Assembly: GCF_009914755.1 (NCBI RefSeq)
Contig: NC_060936.1
Origin: the human T2T-CHM13v2.0 reference genome, Homo sapiens
Direction: 5' to 3' (one strand)
Length of the DNA: 64,000 bases
Shown piece by piece: positions 59,026 to 64,000 of the stretch. Both the position numbers and the translations under genes were made by a program. The notes below the pieces were generated by a model. It had not been told where the DNA came from, did not search any database, and saw only the letters and a program-made list of their open reading frames with translations. Each line of letters opens with the position of its first letter. Position 1 is the first letter of the stretch.

Positions 59026-61661
59026 GTACAAGTAACATTTGTTGATAATAAACTTTATAGTTCCATGGCCTTTAAAGGTTAAACCAGAATTTGTGTGTGA
59101 TTTGGTGAGACCACAGAATGTTCTGTCTCCGAAAGAATCTGTCCTAGAACAGGTCGGGCAACAAATGCCTCCCAGTCCCAGAGACTAGCCAGAAATGCAT
59201 TCTATGTGAAGCAGCATGGTGTAATATAAGGCCACTGTTGATCCTTCTCATACCTGGATAAGTAGACAGAATATAGGGCACTACGTTCTGTAGTTGTCTT
59301 GGTGTCAGAACCCAGCTCATTTTCCCCTGACAGACCACAAGGGATGATCTAAATTTCTCAGGTTGTCATGAATTGCAGGGACAAGAGAGTGTGTCCAAAG
59401 AATTCACATCCCTAACTTCCTATTAATATAAATACTTCTATTTATCCATCCTCCTACAGAGACCACTGCTCCCTAGGCACCCAAAATATGTCTGACTGAG
59501 ATTCTAGTAAAAGTCCACAAAGATGCAGCCCCCAATATCACCTCTAAACCCTAAACTCAGGTGTAAAGATGCTAGTACATCTAGCACAGAACAGAGAGTT
59601 CTATGCCAAGGATCAATGAACTTCTTTTTGTGAGCAATCGATCTCACACACTATCTGAATATTTATAAACCCACAACCTGTCACTAGTTATGTCTTGCTG
59701 ATACTGCCAAATCTTTATTGTCCGTCTGTTTGTAGATATCCTAAGGTCATACTTTTATGACCTTAGTTCAAGTGAGCCTGTCTCTATTTCCTAGTAAATG
59801 TTAACTCAGCAAATTAAGAATAATTTGTTTTAATGTTAGCCCCCAAAAAAGCAGACTTAGAAAAATGATTTTGGTGTGGGAGGGGAGATTATAATTGTAG
59901 TTATAAACCACATTAGGTTTACCTACACTCCTTTTTTTCTAATGCTGCAAAACTGGAATATTTTTCCAAATTATCCCCATTTTTGTAATAGGAAATCATT
60001 TCATAATAATTCATGGCTATTTTACCAACTTCATATTGCATGTGGAAACCAAGTTTAAGTGAAAAGGTGACATGCATAAGTCAGAAAATGAATCAGAGAT
60101 CTAATCAGATGTGGGACCTTCCAATCATGAATCCATTAATTAGACTGTCCCTAAGTATGAAACATGGGTGAGGAAAAGAGACAGAGAGTGAAATCAAGGT
60201 CACTTGGGGTTATGGGAGCTGCTTGGGCTTCAAGAAAGAACGCAAACACAGCAGGTTCAACTCTCAGTGTCAGAAAGCCATGCCGTTCACACGCTGTAAA
60301 TGAGGTAACCATCCCATGCCTTCTGTACCACTATGATCACACCTCCCTGTTACAGAAACAAAAAACGTAAGAACAGCAACCCTGCTGTCTATTTCTTGAT
60401 CTCTTTGACAAATACACTATGAAATGCAGAGCATGCTTCACAAATGCCGTAGAATGCCCTATGTGTACAAGGGTGCTTTGAAAGCAACAACAAAAACCTA
60501 ACTTCCAAATTTACTGGTGGGGGAATTAAGGCACAGAGTTCAGACACCTCCCAGCAGTTAATTAGCAGCTAAGCATTGTGTGTTGAATCTCCATCTGATG
60601 CTCTTCCCACTACACTTTCCCACCCTTCATAAGGCTGACTGGATATTCCATCTATTTTTTTCAGTTGAGTTTTGTAGGGATGAGAACCAGGAAGAAGATC
60701 CTGGCCCTTGCAATTCACAATGTGCATACACTGTCACAGTTTCTTCTGGAACTTTGGGATGCACATGTGTCCAGACTAGCCTCTGCCAATCTCTACCAGA
60801 TACATGAAGGCTACAATATTTATATCCCAGCTGTGTTTTCATTGATGGAGCTTTAAGAATATTCTAATTAATACTCTGCTTCTTTTTTCTTCCTCAGCCA
60901 GAACTCACTCTGACTTATACTAAGATATCAGCCCCAAGGTAAGTTAAAGGAGCCAGGCCTTGAGCCCTGTGAGGAAAGACCACAGAAGTAGGAGTCAGGG
61001 AAGCCATGTGGTTTCACATCAGATGGGCTGGATTTGTGGAATCTGCGAATAAGTCTTATAGAATAAATCTGACCACAGGGAAGTCAGGATCAATTTTCAG
61101 CATTCCGTTTGCCTCTCTCCTCCTTCCTTAAGCCAAACCTGTTAATTCTACCACTAAACAAGTCCTTTCTTGCTGTTATAGCTTCTTACTGGCCAGAAGT
61201 GGTACTAAATTTGGGCCCAGGCTGAAGAGGTGTCAAAGAGCATGTAGGTGAGGGTCAACCAGGAGCTTTTCCTGTCTAAGTGAAGCCAGCCTGATCTGAC
61301 TTAACAGAGACTTTGGAGAAGTTGATTTTAAGCCTTTTTTCACTGACACAAACTAGGGGTGACTTGACATACAATTGGTCCTGATAGCTGACTATTGTCA
61401 GAAAAAATAAGCACTTGAGATCAACTTCTCTAAACACCAAATTAGCACCTTTGGCAAATATTTTTCACCACTTATTTGGTAGCATAATATGAATATAACA
61501 TAATACTGTCTCCTAAAGTTGTCCAACACAAACCCTGCATTCATCTCCCACAACACAGTACATCTGGTTAAATCATTCAATGTCTGAGTGTACAACTAAA
61601 ACCAATCATTTCAAGGCTTTTTCCAGAAAGGCACCTGACTTCATATGTGGATATTACATGT

Positions 61662-62038
61662 TGATATGATTTGGCTCTGTGTTCCCACCCAGATCTCATC
61701 TCAAATTGTAATCCCCGTAATCCCCCCATGTCGAGGGAGGGACCGGGTGGGAGGTGATTGGATCATGGGGGCGGTTTCCACCATGCTGTTCTCGTGATAG
61801 GAATAAGTTCTCACGAGATCTGATGGTTTTATAAGGGGCTCTTCCCCCTTTGCTTCCTTCACATGCTTTCTCTCACCTCCACCATGTAAGACGTGCCTGC
61901 TTCCTCTTCTGCCATGGTTATAAGTTTCTTGAGGAAACTTATAAGGCAGAGGAACTATAAGTCAATTAAACCTCTTTTCCTTATAAATTACCCAGTCTTG
62001 GGCAGTTCTTTATAGCAGTGTGAGAAAGGACTAGTACA
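61662..62038 (+). mobile_element. THE1C/D-like solo LTR
   Basis: TGATATG...TACA; TSD catgt at 61657-61661 and 62039-62043. Confidence 0.9.
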
Positions 62039-62437
62039 CATGTGTATTACTGAGATTTTTCTATAACCACAATGCATAGTTTGAAACATGTTTTTTCCCT
62101 TAAACCTTTGGCATTTACTACTGTGTCTTACTAGAATTCTAACTTAGCCTAGAATTATATACATAATTTTAATTTAGATCAATATTCTAAAAATACCATA
62201 TTCCTATATACTGTTATCTAACAATTTTTAAAAATACCCTTAAATGTATAAAGATGGAGCTAGTTATTGAGGTTATAAAGGTTAACAGCTACAGAGGAAA
62301 AAACTAAAACAGGTTTCCTTTTCATTTTTTATTTTAGCCAGTAATTTAAAGCATAAAAATATAAATTTGGGGTCATAAAAGTTAAAACACTACCTTCGAT
62401 TTGCTCTGACCATGTCAATTGTTAAGAATTAGCTGTC

Positions 62438-62754
62438 AGCTGACCTCCGTGGCTGACTTCTGTAATCCCAGCACTTTGGAAGATGAAGGCATGAGGATCA
62501 CTTGAGGCCAGGAGTTCCAGGCCAGCCTGGTTAGCCAGGGTCTTCAGCAAGACCCTGTCTCTTAAAAAAAAAAAAAATACAAAAATTAGCTGGACGTGGT
62601 GGTGCATGCCTCTAGTCCCAGCTACTGGGGAGGTTGAGATGGGAGGATCACTTGAGCCTGAGAGGTCAAGGCTGCAGCAAGCTGTGATCATCCCACTGTA
62701 CTCCAGCCTGAGCAACAGAGTAAGACTCCATCTCAAAAAACAAAACAAAACAAA
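62438..62754 (+). mobile_element. AluJ-type element
   Basis: Diverged dimeric Alu. Confidence 0.88.
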
Positions 62755-63485
62755 TTAACTGTTGATATTCCTTGTTGTCACTATGCCAAGAAGGGTTATT
62801 ATGAATGAGAAATATGAGAAAACTGATTGAGATGGCTTTCAGGGAAGCACATAATGCTCAGAAGCTTGGATACGACTTAGACTGCTGGGGGCTAAGGAAA
62901 GAGTGAGCATCAGGAAATGTTTATGTTTCCTGAAGACTCACCCTTAGGAGGTAGTATTCACAATATGATAGGGCTGAACTCTAACTGCCCAATTCAGCAG
63001 AAGGTATAGGGAAGAAAAGCTAGTGAAGAAGGACACCTGGGCTGAGGAGGTGAGAACAACTGCAGGAAATGAGGCTTTAAGCCAACGGATGGATAGAAAC
63101 CCCTTACTCCATCCCCATTATCCTTTCTGTATCCAGAGGTGACTGTCTCTTCTAAACTCTAAACTATCTTATTATTATTCTGGTTAGAAATCTCAAAGAA
63201 ATTCTGAGAAGTTCAACAATAAAATACTTTTTTTTTTAACCTGGAAGAATCTCCAGCAATTTCCCAGTCAAACTCTACCCTCCATTTTTCAAAAGGAATA
63301 AAAATAATAATAAAACAACTAAGGACCCCTGAGGTAGGTGCCTTGCTGTTTGCTCACAAAGAGAGAACCAGAGCTTAAAACGGATTTCAGGTCCCCCGGA
63401 CTGAGAGAGGACTCTGTCCACTCTACACTGTCTGTCTGTGTAATTTGCTGCTGCTGCTGCTGCTGTTTTTTCTTCTACTTCTTCT

Positions 63486-63799
63486 TCTTTTTTTTTTTAG
63501 ACAGAGTTTCACTCTTGTTGCCTAGGCTGGAGTGCAGTGGTACGATCTTGGCTCACTGCAACCTCCGCCTCCCAGGTTCAAGCTAATCTCCTGCCTCAGC
63601 CTCCCGAGTAGCTGGGATTATAGGCACCTGTCACCACACCTGGCTTTTTTTTTTTTTTTTTTTTTTTTTTTGTATATTTACTAGAGATGGGGTTTCACCA
63701 TGTTGGCAAAGCTGCTCTCGAACTCCTGACCTCAGGTGATCCGCCCGCCTCAGCCTCCCAAAGTGTTGGGATTACAGGTGTGAGCCACTGCACCCAGCC
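63486..63799 (-). mobile_element. AluS-type element, tail decayed into (CTT)n/(CTG)n at about 63447-63490
   Basis: Alu consensus; taatt(t/a)gct flanks. Confidence 0.9.
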
Positions 63800-64000
63800 G
63801 TAATTAGCTTCTTTACCTTTGTGCACATTCGTTCCCTTCTACTTTCACTTTCTCCAGTTAGACACTATGCCAAGACATGATATCTAATACCCAACCTACT
63901 TATTCAGTACTTAACCAGTTTGCCTATTATTATCTGTTTCTTCCCAACAAGACTTTAATTTCCTGGAGAGCACAGTCAGCTTCTTTAGGTCCCTCATTAG

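Noticed and set aside
63447-63466. (CTG)6 tract
   Set aside because: Short, intronic and derived from an Alu tail; no sign of coding use

Overview
Primate (human-like) genomic DNA that I recognise as the MAGOHB-STYK1 locus, which lies in the chr12p13 NK gene complex in human. Both genes are on the minus strand. MAGOHB is complete: 5 coding exons at 1604-8838, 447 nt = 148 aa + stop, with a CpG-island promoter at about 8650-9050. STYK1/NOK has all 9 coding exons at 15456-29903 (1269 nt = 422 aa + stop) plus a non-coding exon at 32356-32481; its first exon probably lies beyond the right edge. The rest is intronic or intergenic DNA rich in Alu, L1, L2, MIR and hAT remnants, a full THE1 element and a two-LTR MER41B-type provirus containing a nested THE1 LTR and AluY. 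The most unusual non-annotated structure is a 72-nt, 87.5%-identical inverted copy of part of the STYK1 last coding exon inside the preceding intron. It could fold back on the exon in pre-mRNA, placing two coding adenosines opposite C and looping out the 3' splice site. Most ORFs in the supplied track are Alu/LTR-derived or chance ORFs. Repeat subfamily calls and repeat boundaries were made by eye and are approximate.
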